64,000 nucleotides of DNA from Eledone cirrhosa (Eukaryota): assembly GCA_964016885.1 (NCBI GenBank), contig OZ024743.1, positions 165,726,001 to 165,790,000 on the forward strand. The letters are read 5' to 3'. This document shows, piece by piece, positions 38,458-51,971 of the stretch. The notes under the pieces are model-generated. The model was given only the letters and a program-made list of their open reading frames with translations, had not been told where the DNA came from and did no database searches. A program made the translations under genes and the position numbers. Every line of letters starts with the position of its first letter. Position 1 is the first letter of the stretch.

Positions 38458-38963
38458 GATCTGGCTAACGCCTCAGTCAGTTGACCGTACCTCCTTAAAC
38501 TCTTAATTTGTCTATTCATTTCTCTTGGCATGCCAGCTAAACCTTTGTAATCGGTTTGTAAATAAATTATATATTATAAACATTATAAAGTCGTATGATG
38601 CTATTTTCCACAACATTGTTTTTAACATCTTCAACGGTGACTTCTGTGATACAATACACAAATACACTATTAACGTCCTCCGAAGAAGCAGTGACCTTGG
38701 ACCGTATTGTTACGTATCATTATGTAATTAAGAGCGGCTTTGAGCTTGATCACTGGTAAAACGTACGTAACAGAACAAACATATTATAAACCGATTTCTC
38801 TTTTCTGTTTTTATACTATGCGATTCTATCTGATGCCAGGTGGCAGTCGTCTCCTCGTTCTACGTTACGGAAGAAATAAGTAATCATCTCCCACGTCGAC
38901 ACTACTTCACATTGGAATCAATCAATGGCATTGAGTGCAGAACATGGCTTGGCCTCGCCTCTG

Positions 38964-39019
<56 letters not shown>

Positions 39020-39465
39020 AATGCGTAAGATATTTAAGGACAGATTTATGTTTAAACAATATAACAGCAAATGATAACTTGATTATTGAAAAAATGCTAT
39101 AAGCATAAAAATAAATCATCTTTTTTATAAAATTGTATTCAATAGAACCACCTTCAGCTTCAATAACTGCTTCTATGCGAAATCGAAATAGTCTACATGC
39201 TCGATTTAAATGATCCTGGTTCGTACTGGACATTACTCTGACTATGGCAGCTTTCAAAGAATCTTTGATGTTATGGGGCTGTTCATTGACCTCTCGCTTA
39301 ACAATGCTCTACATGTAGTAGTCCAATGGATTGAGATCTGGGGAGTTAGGAGGCCAAATGTTAGGGGTTATGTGAACATGAACATTTTCAGTCATTCATT
39401 CCTGTGTTACTTGAGCCTTGTGTGATGGTGTAGTGTCTTGCTGAAGCACATTAGACCTCCCATTA
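39020..39465 (-). mobile_element. Tc1/mariner (DDxD, maT-like) transposase 3' fragment
   Basis: Minus strand encodes WPPNSPDLNPLDYY and RAC..FR.RIEAVIEAEGG; abuts (TA)n. Confidence 0.85.
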
Positions 39466-39469
39466 CATA

Positions 39470-41372
39470 CACTGTCTTATGACACGCTACAATATCCTTT
39501 ACTTTTTGTGTATGGTGAAAATGGATATCACATTAACATTAGACAAACCGGACACACCCGAACGAAAACAGTCTCATGCATGGACTTCTATGCTTACCGT
39601 TTTATAGTGCGTAACGATTCTTTCAACCACTTACATCGTTTCGTTGCCAAAACCATTTACACCAATTTACTGTAGATATGTTCGAAAAAGTAGAAGCGGA
39701 AAGATTGAGCTACATCAAAAACAATCAAACTAAGATGAGACGAGATGAATACATTCCCTTACGAGACGCAATCAACAATGATGCTGCTAGAGAAAGCATT
39801 GGCCAATTGTGCATTCCACCTTCAAGCTTTGTAGGAAGTCCAAGATATATGCACGAATTAACACTGGATTTAATTAGCTATATTCGAAAACACGGTCGAG
39901 ATTGAAGACAAGCTGTCGTAGCTAAATGGACCTCCTCTGCATTTATTAGGCTTTCCTCGCACCGATATAACTAATTTTTAAGGCCTAAGGGGTGAAATTG
40001 TGCGAGAAACTTCATGCAACTTACAAAACATCATCTCTTATGTTAACGAAAACCAGCCAAAACAGCTAGATGATCAAAAAGCAGTATATAACATTATACT
40101 TGAATCAACGACACAACAGAATGATGGCCTATTTTTTATCGGTGCTCCGGGTGTAACTGGTAAAAGCTTCTTGATAAACCTATTGTTGTCTAAAATACGA
40201 GAAGACCAAAAAATAGCTTTAGTGGTTGCTTTATCTGGAATTACCACTACACTTTACCTGGAGGTCGGACAACTCATTCTGCTTTCAATTTAAACTTGGG
40301 CTTCAGTGTGAATGAAATGTCCATGTGCCATATAAAGAAGAACTCAGGAACTGTCCAAGTATTGTAAAGATGTGTGGCAATTTGGGGGTATGATTGCACA
40401 ATGGTGCACAGATGTGCATTAGAAGTCTTGGACAGAAAACTGAAAGATATCCGGAACAGCACAACAATCATGGGAGGAATCACTGTCGTTTTATCAGGGT
40501 ATTTCCGACAAACTTTACCTGTGATATCAAAGGGGACGCGCGCTGATTAAGTTCGAGCTTGCCTGAAATCGTCAACTTTATGGCCACGTATCACCAAATT
40601 TAATTTAAGAACCAGCTTGGGGGCTTCACGGTGATAGCGTTTTTTCAGAGTTTGCTCGAAAACCTCTGAAACTTGGTGAAGGAAAAGTATCCCTTGATAC
40701 TGGAGGAAGGTTTGATCCTTCATTAATTTGTACTGTTGTGGAAGGCGTTGATAGCTTAATTAAACAAGTGTCGCCAATTTCGAAATCCACCATTCCAACG
40801 AGGAGTGGCTGTGTGAAAGAGCAATCCCTGCCCCACAAAATATCACAGTGAATGCCACCTACAAAAATATTTCAAAAATAATCTCTGGAGGCAGCCAGAC
40901 CTACATATCTATCGACAAAGAGGATGACGCTGTTCATTATCCCGTTGAATTTCTCAACAGTCTGGAAAAATCTGGTATGCTGTGACACAACCTTGAATTG
41001 AAGAAGGGCGCAGTCATCATGCTTCTCAGAAACCTGGATCAGCCAAGATTGTGCAATGGGGTGCGCATAGTTGTGACTGACTACAGCACCACTGGGTGTG
41101 GTAAGGGAGCCATAGTATTTATACCTAGAATACCGCTAATACCAACGGATGTCCCCTTTCGTTTCAAACGATTGCAATTCCCAGTAAGAGTCAGTTACAC
41201 AATGACCATTAACAAGTCCCAAGTTCAAACACTGCAGGTTGTAGATCTCCATCTAGAAAATGGCTGTTTCTCACATGGTCAATTGTATGTAGGTTGTTTC
41301 AGAGTAGGAAACCCCCACAAACTCTTCATATATGCTCCAATGAAGAATATTGAATATACTGAAGTTATGTAA
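39470..41372 (+). mobile_element. Helitron Rep/Pif1 helicase relic, internally deleted
   Basis: YDTLQYPLLF.YGE.G, PSSFVGSPRYM, Walker A GxxGxTGKS, MLLRNLDQPRLCNG, QFPVR..MTINKSQ, FSHGQLYV. Confidence 0.92.
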
Positions 41373-41399
41373 ATGCTTTATAATGGTAGTATATATATA

Positions 41400-41701
<302 letters not shown>

Positions 41702-41745
41702 AGAAAGCGAAATAGTTTCAGATGTTAAAGTCCTTTAATAATAAT

Positions 41746-41820
41746 GCTGTGATACATATTTCAATGACAACAGTGGCCTCACGCTTCGGTGCGCCCAGTG
41801 CCGTGACATCATCAGACAGC
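41746..41820 (-). ncRNA. Type-I hammerhead motif, canonical CUGAUGA core
   Basis: gctgt CTGATGA [long stem II] GAAA tatgta TC acagc, then ATTAAA. Confidence 0.75.
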
Positions 41821-43097
41821 TTGTTACATAATAAGGTTATGTTTCCGAGGCAATCCAAACTGAATCGACATGGGAACGGACAAAGCGTGTGCTCTTGAGT
41901 TCTTCGCCCGCTCTCTTGTGAGTCCCAATTCACCCCCACCGGTCTGCGCAGGCGCAAGTCCGAAGGAAGTTGACCATCAACTACCGCACAATTCTACGAA
42001 ACTCGCCTAGGCATGTCCCCCTCTCAACCAAACAATGACCCCCAGGCCTGTAATGTGACAAGGTTACAGCTTACTACTAGCCACCCTGTTAGTGGCAGTC
42101 GGCCGAAAGCTAGTGGGGGTGGGAGAGTATGAGTATCAATAGGTCCCATACTACCCCTAAATTAAGCATGGACAGTAGAATTGACCATCAACCGCTAAGA
42201 GAATATATACTTATTTCTAGGTATTATGGTTTCACAGTGGAAATTATGAATGAGAGTTGGAAATTAACACTAAAAATTACAAATCAAAAATCAAAAATTA
42301 AAAAAATTACAAGTTAGAATCTAGATTGAAGTAAGTAAAAAATATATATGTACATATGATAACTAATAAATAGGGAGATGTTTAAGTTATAGCAAGAAGT
42401 TTTGAAAGTGGGATCAATCTTACAGGTGTATTATCTACATATTGAACGATAGGACCGTACAGTAGAACGGAGGGTAGATTACAGTATGAAGCGTAGTAGT
42501 TAGGCGAATACATAGTTAATATCTCTATCACATGGAATAAAACAAAAATGCAAGGTATAACATACACAAAAAATACAAAAAATACATGAAATACATAGAT
42601 GTAAAATGAGATATGAGATACATATGTAAAATGAGATAGGAGATATATATGAGAAACATATGCGAAGAAGGTAAACTGCATGGAAATGAGGGTATAAGTG
42701 GTTAATATGATTGTCAATTTGTCCATATAAAGGTTTGTTATCTGGTGAAGTGAGGGGGCTTCTGTTCAAGGCCTCTGTGCAGATGCAATCTGCTGCAGGA
42801 AAATAGAGGTTTATCGTTGTTTTTATTTCCACGTATTTATCCTGTCGAAAGTTAGTTTATAATTTTATGTCCGTTCAGTATCAGGGATTTCCAGTGTGTG
42901 TAGTCCATCCCCTTGGTAGAGGGAATTTCCGGGTGTAGCTGATGGCTGGTTCCTCTCTTCTCCACGTTATGGAGCTAAATTCTTAAGGTAAATATTGATG
43001 CAATTCAATTCAAGCACTCAACGTACTTTTTCCACATAGGAGTGACGGAGTATATATCGAATAAGAAAGCGAAGTAGTTTCAGATGTTAATAATAAT

Positions 43098-43171
43098 GCT
43101 GTGATACATATTTCAATGACAACAGTGGTCACACAGTTCGGTGCGCCCAGTGCCGTACATCATCAAACAGC
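43098..43171 (-). ncRNA. Second copy of the same hammerhead motif (C3U)
   Basis: gctgt TTGATGA ... GAAA tatgta TC acagc. Confidence 0.6.
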
Positions 43172-43263
43172 TTATTACATAATAATGTTTCCGAGGCAAT
43201 CCAAATTGAATCGACGGGGGAACGGACAAAGCGTGTGCTCTTGAGTTCGTCGCCCAATTCACA

Positions 43264-44210
43264 ATGGAATACAGCCAAGATCAACTCCCATTTCTGGACA
43301 TCTTAATCTTTAAAAAAGACACAAATATTGAAACTGACATACACTACAAACCAACAGATTCCAAACAATACCTGCTATTCGCCTCCAACCATCCAAAGCA
43401 CACGATGACGAACATTCCTTTTAACCTAGCAAGAAGAATTTGCACAATTGTCTCCAATTATGAAACGCGAAATAAAAGACTTCAAGAATTAAAGGAAATT
43501 CTACTCGAAAAACAGTACCCAACATTACTAATAAATAATGGAATAGAAAGAGCTAAAGCAATAGGCATTGATGAATTACGAAAACAGAAACAAATTCAAG
43601 GTACGTCCAATATTCTATCATATATCTCAACACACAACCCAAGAAATGTGGAAGCTTACAACACTATTCACAAGAAGATCCCACTATTGAAACAAGACCC
43701 AAAAATGAAAAAAGCCCTTGAAACACACAAAATAATCAAAAGCAAAAGACAACCGAAATCACTAAAAACATTACTTACCAATACCAAATTACCTACCACA
43801 AACCCACAACCAACAGTAAAAAAATGTGTCGTTCTAATTGTGGAACCTGCACTCACCTCATTAAAGGCAACACGTATACATTTCAATCAGGACAAAATTT
43901 TGCTGTAAAAAATCACTTCACTTGCTCATCAAAAAATCTAATTTATTCCATTAAATGTAAAGGATGCAATGAAGATTATATAGGACAAACTAAACTCACA
44001 CTCAGAAACAGAATGACAGTTCATCGCCACGAGATCCAACCACGAAACAGATACCACTAAGTGCACATCTAGACATATGCGCAAGTAATAAGACACCCAA
44101 ATTCCAAGTCTTCCCATTTTATCTTTGCGCTGACAATACAACAGAACAAATACGAATAAATAAGGAAAATATGTTTATTCAAAAATATAGACCAGCATTA
44201 AATATAGTTT
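43264..44210 (+). pseudogene. PLE RT C-terminus and GIY-YIG endonuclease, frameshifted
   Basis: ORFs 43264..43908 and 43824..44060. Confidence 0.9.
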
Positions 44211-44868
44211 AATATATATTATGTCAACACCATAACATGCTAACCATCCAAACAGACACAAACATACACACACACATAACACCTTCTACTTTAGAAAATA
44301 AAAACCAGAACTAAATAAACCTCAACATACGTTAATACTCTAACACCATAACATGCTAACCCCCCCCCCCCCCACACACACACACACATAACTCCCTCCC
44401 CCATTTCTACTAACGGAATCATTTTCCTACACACACAACCCCAAAAAATATATATATATATTCTCTCCATCTTAACATGCTAACCGTACTCCCACACACA
44501 CATAACACCCATACACACACACATAACACCCACACACACACACAACTCCCTCCCCCATTTCTACTAACAGAATTACTTTCCTACACACACAAAATATATA
44601 TATTCTCTCCATCTTAACATGCCAACCATACTCCCACACACACACATACACACACACATAACACACACACAAAATATATATATTCTCTCCATCTTAACAT
44701 GCCAACCATACTCCCACACACACACACATATAACACTCATACACACACAACACCCTCCCCCATTTCTACTCATAGAATCATCTTCCTATACACACACACA
44801 CAAGCACACAAATAAACATACATATCTCTACTTTCTTTATTTCAATAGAAAGTCTGAATTCTGACACC

Positions 44869-45236
44869 GCAGCACACCAGCCATATTCACTGAACTAGAA
44901 CAATGCTCCCCATCCCGTTTTTCTTGACCATTATCTTTTGTTTGGCATAAAATTCTCTAAAATGCTACAAAATAAATTCCCAAATACGGGCACGAATTTA
45001 ATGAACTTGTTCACGTGAAAGTCATAATTTCATTTATAACCAATCAAATTACATTTCAGCACATCAGCCATACTCAGAACAACTCTCTCCATCCCTTTTT
45101 TCTTGACCATTATCTTTTGTTTGGCACAAAATTCTCTAAATGACTATAAAAAAAAATTCAAAAATACAGGCGCGAATTTAATGTACTTGTTCACGTGACA
45201 GTCATAATTTCATTTAAAACCAATCAAATTACATTT
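44869..45236. repeat. Two-copy ~185-bp tandem duplication
   Basis: cagcac..cagccata...caatcaaattacattt occurs twice. Confidence 0.85.
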
Positions 45237-45484
45237 ATAAAAAAAAAGCTGCATCAACCAACCAAACTCCACTCATATATGAAAAAAACAACCTGAGCCT
45301 CCCTCCTTGTTTCAAGAACTGTGTAACGCGAACTGGCGCGAAATGTATTATACTTATTCACCAACCAATCAAACTACTTCTCTAAAAACGTAGCATTTCG
45401 AGCCACTTTTTTCCATATAAAACAAGTAACATACAAAGACCAACCAGATGTGAGAAAAACCACAGACCTTCCATCTCAACTCTA

Positions 45485-45521
45485 CTTTTGATAAGCAGAA
45501 GAACTGCGAAACCGGTAAATG
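45485..45521 (+). ncRNA. Minimal type-I hammerhead motif (U3-A8), same family as 355-392
   Basis: ctt TTGATAA gcag-aagaa-ctgc GAAAC cg GTA aatg, then AATAAA; stem I is weakened. Confidence 0.7.
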
Positions 45522-45656
45522 AACCAAATAAATATATATATTTTTTAAAAAAAGACTCCAGTTGCATTTTCGATTTCATCTTTTTTCCTTATACTTGCAC
45601 TCGTGTAGGACACCTCGGTTATTTTTCATTTTGTTAAAAAACAGCTCACTTTCTAA

Positions 45657-45718
<62 letters not shown>

Positions 45719-45826
45719 TAAAAAGACTCCAGTTGCATTTTCGATTTCATCTTTTTTCCTTATACTTTCACTCGTGTAGGACACCTCGGTTATTTTTCAT
45801 TTTGTTAAAAAAAAGCTCACTTTCTA

Positions 45827-45926
<100 letters not shown>

Positions 45927-46047
45927 TTGTTGGGAGAGGAAATGGTATATATTTTATCTGGTGATTCTATAGACATGTTTTATGATATATAGCTCTGATT
46001 ATTTAATTTATTAACTCTTCATTGAGCGACAAAGTGACCCGTTGCAA

Positions 46048-46104
<57 letters not shown>

Positions 46105-46352
46105 CTTTATATATATATATATTTATATATATTAGAAAGTGAGGTTTTTTTTAATAAAATAAAAAATAACCGAGTTGTCCTACACGAGTGAAAGTATAAG
46201 GAAAAAAGATGAAATCGAAAATGCAACTGGAGTCTTTTTTAATATATATATATATATATTTTTTAATTTTTCATTCGCACCGTTTCCTTTCGCTATATGT
46301 CTCTCCACCACTCCCCTACACACCCTTTGAACTCTGTTCCCACACACTTCCC

Positions 46353-46384
46353 ACCTGAGGAAGGGCTTATGCCCGAAACGTCGT
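46353..46384 (+). ncRNA. Minimal hammerhead motif with a loopless palindromic stem III
   Basis: ac CTGAGGA a gggc-ttat-gccc GAAACGTC gt; AATAAA at 46421. Confidence 0.65.
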
Positions 46385-47923
46385 CCCCCACCAACACCCC
46401 ACTCTCCAGAGCGTGAAATTAATAAAAATTTGTTGTAGTCCCTCTCTGTTTTGTCCCTGTTCAAATTTTTCCATTATATATATATATAAGTTTATCGAAC
46501 TAGACAAACTGAGTTTCTGCTAGTACGCCGATTATTTCACGGGACTTGCACTTCCGAAGTGCCCGGCCGTGTTTCAGAGCGCACACATTTAGTTATTAGT
46601 GGTAAGATCGGGACTATGTGCAGGTGTTAAACAATAGAGCCCGGTCGAAACGTAAATAGTTGGTTTCGTCTCTGCATCCTGCTTACTAGGGCGCAATTGC
46701 TGCACCCAGTACACAGAAGCGGCGAGTTAATTCCAAAATCATCGAGAAGGAACGAACGCGGCTAGGACCAATACGTCAGCGGGAAGCGATCCTTTATGTT
46801 CTATCGCAAAGGTCTATCAGTGATTTAGTAGCAGTTCTTGATTGCTGATGTCATCACGTGACATCCAAAACAGAAAGGAGACACAGGCCTAAAATATAGA
46901 ACCAATCACATATTTAGGCGGTTAAATTTCAAACAGTTTGAAAGTAGCACCAAATATACATGCTATATATAGAATATATAAGAAATACAGAAACACAGAC
47001 ACACACACAACCACACACACACAGATATATATATATATCAACGCCCACCAGCATAGCTTCCGATATGAGAAGCTTAAAAATACCACGTCGTTAGCGGGGC
47101 ACATACATAACTTAAAACAAACAAAAACCCCCTACACACTAAGCTGGAGATGCCTTACTAAAGCTCCTCCATATAGCTCGTTGAGCAGGTTTTGTAGCCT
47201 GTGCCTAACTGAATCTCATGCCATAGTATTCTCAGGACTCAACTTGCTCAACAGGAGGTCAGAAATCTTCTCGTCCTGCCCCCATACTATACTTAGCTCT
47301 TTCTTTTTCTTCAGACCAGACACCTAGCCCTGACCCCACCCTGTCCCGCACATGGCTGCCCCGCTGGCGAATAGGGTGCTCTTGAGTAACCCCGGCCGCA
47401 TTGATGCCTCGGCTCCCCGATTGCCGATGGGGACTCTGGTGAGGAACAGTCGACCCTGTGTCCCACTTGCCAACTTGGGATTGGTGGCAGCATTGTTGCT
47501 GAGCGCCCTGGGGGCAGCTGATGCCTGCGGTGTGGGACATTGCGAGTGCCTGGACCCACGTTGACTAATCTGGAGAGGTGCCGTCGGAGATGTATATCAA
47601 CAAATTCGGGAAATTGCCCAAGGAAACAGTAGCAGAACACCCAATATGGCGGCCGCTCCCTGCCTATAACCAATCAACCCCCCCCCCCCTCCCCTAGTAA
47701 ACCCCCGCCCAAATAGATGCCCCTCCCCATTCTCCCCCATTCATTTCTTTTGAGTTAGTTCTTTATTATTAGTGGGGTTTTTTGAGTTAGTTCTTTATTA
47801 ATACGGATTTTTTTGTATATTACCACGGTTGGCATAATGGGCTTGGAGAGTTGACTCCCTTGATGTCATGACTACATGTGCACAATGGATATCGCACCCA
47901 CAAGGTCACCTGTATTGTTCATC

Positions 47924-48175
47924 TTGCTGTATGTGTGTAAAGTATCCGTGCGTGGGATATCCCTGAGTACATTTTCTTGACTATTAATTGTTTATTGATT
48001 GTTTGTTAATTAGGCAGGAATGTACCATTGTGCCTTTGTTAATCCTATGTGTTGCTGTATGTGTGTAAAGTATCCGAGCGCGGGATATCCCTGAGCTAAT
48101 TTTGCTTGACTGTTAATTGTTTATTGATTGTTTGTTAATTAGGCAGGAATTTATTATTATGTCTTTGTTAATCCT
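47924..48175. repeat. Two-copy ~128-bp tandem duplication
   Basis: ttgctgtatgtgtgtaaagtatccg...ctttgttaatcct occurs twice. Confidence 0.85.
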
Positions 48176-48760
48176 CTATTAATAATTTTATAGTAATTTT
48201 TTGATAGTACATTATTAGATTACTGAAGCTACCTTATACCTTCTTAAAAATACATTTTATAATTATTGTCTTTTTGCTTATGTATTTTCTTACTTATCAT
48301 TTTCTTTAATCTTGCCCAACTTGATAAGCTCTTTGAATTGCTCCCTAATTAGATTACTTAAATTAATTAAATTACTTTATCTATTATACCTAAGTTGTAT
48401 CTGTTGAAGCAGCCCTTTGAAAATTCCTCGGATCTCCCAAATCCCGTAATTTTTAACTTTTAATTTGTAATTTTCCTCAATTCGTTTATATATATCTTTA
48501 AAGACTCTCTAAAATTATAATTTTAATTCTTTGAAGGGTCTCTCGGAAGAGGTTCTTATTAAAAATATTAAAGGGGCCTTTTCTGAGGGATTTTTTGAAG
48601 GCTTTTTGAATTAACCTTTAATTGATTAGTTTCTTTCAACTTAGTAGGGATTATCAAAACTTCGTAAATTTTCTGAAATTTTTTAACGTGATCTCTTGGA
48701 AAAAAAAATGTTTTTCTTTCGAAGGAATTTTTTAGGAAACTTTATATTTTTTTAAGAAAC

Positions 48761-48900
48761 TTTATTTTTTTATTTTTTTATTTTTTTTATTTTTTTATTT
48801 TTTATTTTTTTATTTTTTTATTTTTTTATTTTTTTATTTTTTTATTTTTTTATTTTTTTATTTTTTTATTTTTTTATTTTTTTATTTTTTTTTTTTTTTA
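48761..48900. repeat. (T6-7A)n tract
   Basis: Directly visible. Confidence 0.95.
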
Positions 48901-49252
48901 GTCTCTTAATCTCTTCTGGTTTGTTAGGTTTATTGGGGCTTATAAGCTTTATGCACTTATTGAGGGATTTTTTTAAGGTGCTTCTACGAGATCCCAAGTC
49001 TTTTACTTTTAATACGTAAATTATAAATTCTCTAATTTTTAACCTTCAATCCCTGACTCTTAGGCCCTTTTCAAATTCCCTTAACTCCCTATAACCCATC
49101 CCTTTTACAACACCGACAACTAATATAAAAGAGCCCCTTAGAATATAAACCCCAAATATACAAGCGGAGCTGTTGATGTATACCACAATTTCAAACTGCT
49201 AATCTTGAGTGAAACGTTGATGTAAATAATGAACTTACAATCACATGTTATA

Positions 49253-49299
49253 TGCCTTGAAAAGTCCCACTATATGGTCGGACGAAACGGCTGTCGGCA
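49253..49299 (+). ncRNA. Type-I hammerhead motif (U3-A8)
   Basis: tgcc TTGAAAA gtcc..ggac GAAAC ggct GTC ggca, immediately followed by AATAAA. Confidence 0.8.
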
Positions 49300-49892
49300 A
49301 TAAACTTGTTATAATGTCATAATAGTTCCTTTGTTCTTTTTCATTAATAGTTCTGCTCTGCTTATACGCATAGAGCTTAACTAGCTACCGTCGCATATTT
49401 GGTAGGTCAGGCGTGATCATCGCGATTCACATACGACCTACCATACATCTTGCTTATATATATATATATAACAAAGGAAATGTGGTAAGGAACCAGGTGG
49501 ACCATAACGCACCAAAGTACTCAATACTTAGGGTAGTAGAGTGGGTAATAGGAACGAGTAGGACCCCGACGGCTGAGCTCAAGCCGTTTCGACGGCTAAT
49601 TCTGGACTGATGTTTGCTCTAATCTGTTTAGATTAGAGCAAACATCACGGGCGCTCTATCTCAAAATTATTTTTGAAAAGCATTAGAAATGCGCAACCGG
49701 TAAAACTTAAAACCAAAACTGAATACTAACCAATACTATTACTAATTTTTACTTATTCGTAATTAAACTGTTTTTCACTGGGAACAATTTGTCAGCATTT
49801 TCTTTTCCTTTTACCAATATATCATAACTCGTGTGTTACACCTCTATTCTTTTAAATATATATATATATATATATATATACTGATATATATA

Positions 49893-49989
49893 CATGGTGT
49901 TCCAAAAAATGTATGCAGACTTCGATTACCTGTACAGGCAATATTTATTAATGCTGTTGAAATGGGTATATATTTTTCAGGACACCCTG
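49893..49989. mobile_element. 97-bp Tc1/mariner-type MITE
   Basis: Imperfect TIRs CATGGTGTTCCAAAAAATGTAT / CAGGGTGTCCTGAAAAATATAT, with TA on both sides. Confidence 0.65.
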
Positions 49990-50012
49990 TATTTATTTTC
50001 GGGGGGGGGGGG

Positions 50013-50634
50013 ATTTGCAGGCGACATGGTGTTACTTAACTCGGTCTACAACTTGCATTAAATAGGTTTGATGCCGAATCCTGCATGGCTGGAATGAAAA
50101 TCAGTGCTGCGAAAACTGAGACGTTCGCCCTCTCAAGGCAGCATTCGCAGTGCACTCTACATGTGAATGTACGTGTGAATGAAGTTCCACTGAAGCAGAT
50201 GGAAAAGTACAAGTTTCTTGGGGCCGTGTTCATGAGTGATGGAAAGCAGGAGGCTGAATTGAGAGCAAGAATTGTAGGAGCTGCTACAGTAATGCGCCAA
50301 CTTCAGCATTCGGTAATCAGAAGGATGGTAGGTGTAAAAGCAAACTCGCTATCTTCAATTCGGTATTCCTGCCAACCGTTACCTATGGTCATGAATGACC
50401 AAAAGATCACGAACACAAGCGGCCGAAGTGGGGTTCCTTCAAAGTGTCTTTGGAGTAACGTTACTCGATAGAGTATGTAGCTCGGATATCAGAGAGCGAG
50501 ACAGGGTAGAACCGCTCTTTTCCAAATTGAGAGATCACAGCACCGATAATATGTACATGGGGTTAGAATGTTTCAGGAAAGAAGCGGTGGACATATTTTA
50601 AAGGCAAAACCAACCGGCAAGAGGCCAAGGAGTA
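50013..50634 (+). mobile_element. RTE-type LINE RT fragment
   Basis: FAGD (FADD-like), GMKISAAKTE, YKFLG, AAEVGFL, KPTGKRPR; runs into (GAA)n. Confidence 0.75.
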
Positions 50635-50779
50635 GAAGAAGAAGAAGAAGAAGAAGAAGAAGAAGAAGAAGAAGAAGAAGAAGAAGAAGAAGAAGAAGAA
50701 GAAGAAGAAGAAGAAGAAGAAGAAGAAGAAGAAGAAGAAGAAGAAGAAGAAGAAGAAGAAGAAGAAGAAGAAGAAGAAG
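50634..50779. repeat. (GAA)n microsatellite
   Basis: Directly visible. Confidence 0.98.
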
Positions 50780-51044
50780 GATCTTTTTCTCTTGTCCACA
50801 ACCACCAGGTCAGGACTATTGTGTTCCAGTTTCTTGTCCGTCTGTATCCTCAAATCCCACAGCACCTTCACCTGATCGTTTTCTATCACCGACTCTGGCT
50901 TATGCTCATACCACTCCTTAGAATGTGGTAAATTGTTTACTTTGCATAGGTGCCAGTGGATCACCCTGCCCATCACATCATGTCTCCAGCCTTTATAGTG
51001 AGTCTGGGCTAGGTGTTTATACTCGGATACAATGTGAGCCACAG

Positions 51045-51085
<41 letters not shown>

Positions 51086-51954
51086 CAGATCCTACACAGT
51101 GGGCTAGCCTCCTCCTTGTAAATATGGTGTTTCACTCACTTCGTTTTGAGGGCCTGTTCTTGCGCAGCCATTAGCATTCCTTCTGTAGCATTTTTAAGGT
51201 CTCCTCTTTTCAACCAGTTCCATGTCTGTGGATCTCTAAATTCAGTTTTCTCAAAGAAGGTACTATGAAGGGATTTTTCATGAAGGTTGGTCTTCCTCCT
51301 TGTTGTAATTTCCTCCTTGGCCATCCCCTGGTCTATTGTTCTCTCCTTCAGTACAATTCTGAGCATTGGCTCCCTACTGTCAGTCACGTATTTGTGTAGG
51401 TTGTTTTTCTCCATCTGAACATAGTCCTCTATGCTAATAAGACCTCTTCCACCTTCAGATCTCCTTAAGTAGAGTCTATCGACATCACTCCTCTTGTGGA
51501 ACATGTAGATAGTCAATAGCTTCCTAGTCTTCCTATCCATTTCTTTTTGTTCAGCAACATTCCATTTCAGAATTCCCGCACTGTCCCTAATAATAGACAC
51601 AGCTCGGGAATTTTAATTCTCTCCTTACTCTCCGAATGTACTCAGATCTTATCAATTCCTTCATTCTTTTGTTCTTGATGTCATCAGCCTCTAGAACACC
51701 CAAATACTTGTATCCTTCTTCAGTGTCAATTTCCTTTATCATTGCACCTGTTGGTACCTGGATTCCGTTGCTTCTGCTCAATTTACCCCCCTTCATCACT
51801 AGGACTCCACACTTACTAATACCAAATTGCATACATATATCATTGCTGAAAATACGGACAGTGTCAACAAACACATCCAACTCTTTCTCACTCTTCCCGA
51901 AGAGCTTAAAATCGTCCATGAAGATGGTGATTGATGGTAAGCTCTCGTTTTCCC
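50780..51954 (-). mobile_element. Dong-B copy B2, truncated at both ends
   Basis: ORFs 50563..52045 match B1; the 5' junction is (TAT)n at 51955-51968. Confidence 0.9.
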
Positions 51955-51971
51955 TATTATTATTATTAATA

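Larger units (their letters stand above)
43256..45660 (+). mobile_element. 5'-truncated Penelope-like element (Neptune-type) with 3' UTR repeats and pseudo-LTR
   Basis: FTMEY..QLPFLD..HYKPTD..SNHP RT C-terminus, a C..CxxC linker, then NLIY..CKGC..YIGQT GIY-YIG. Pseudo-LTR at 45445-45660, partial copies at 45715-45830 (+) and 46130-46240 (-). Confidence 0.88.
47039..49455 (+). mobile_element. 5'-truncated PLE of a second type (Naiad-like endonuclease C-terminus) with long 3' UTR
   Basis: H..SFR..K.T.LA.HI..LK...W....PY....CSLCLTE..LLNRRSE..CPH in ORF 46938..47327. Ends with a hammerhead, AATAAA and (TA)n. The clade call is from memory of the motif. Confidence 0.7.

Noticed and set aside
38680-38769. 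Hammerhead-like CCGAAGA..AAAAC gtac GTA
   Set aside because: G12 is missing and stem I does not pair. Possibly a decayed relic; similar weak cases occur at 2080-2110, 46606-46660 and 60481-60590.
50563-50921. Poly-R, poly-F and poly-S ORFs
   Set aside because: Reading frames of the (GAA)n microsatellite.
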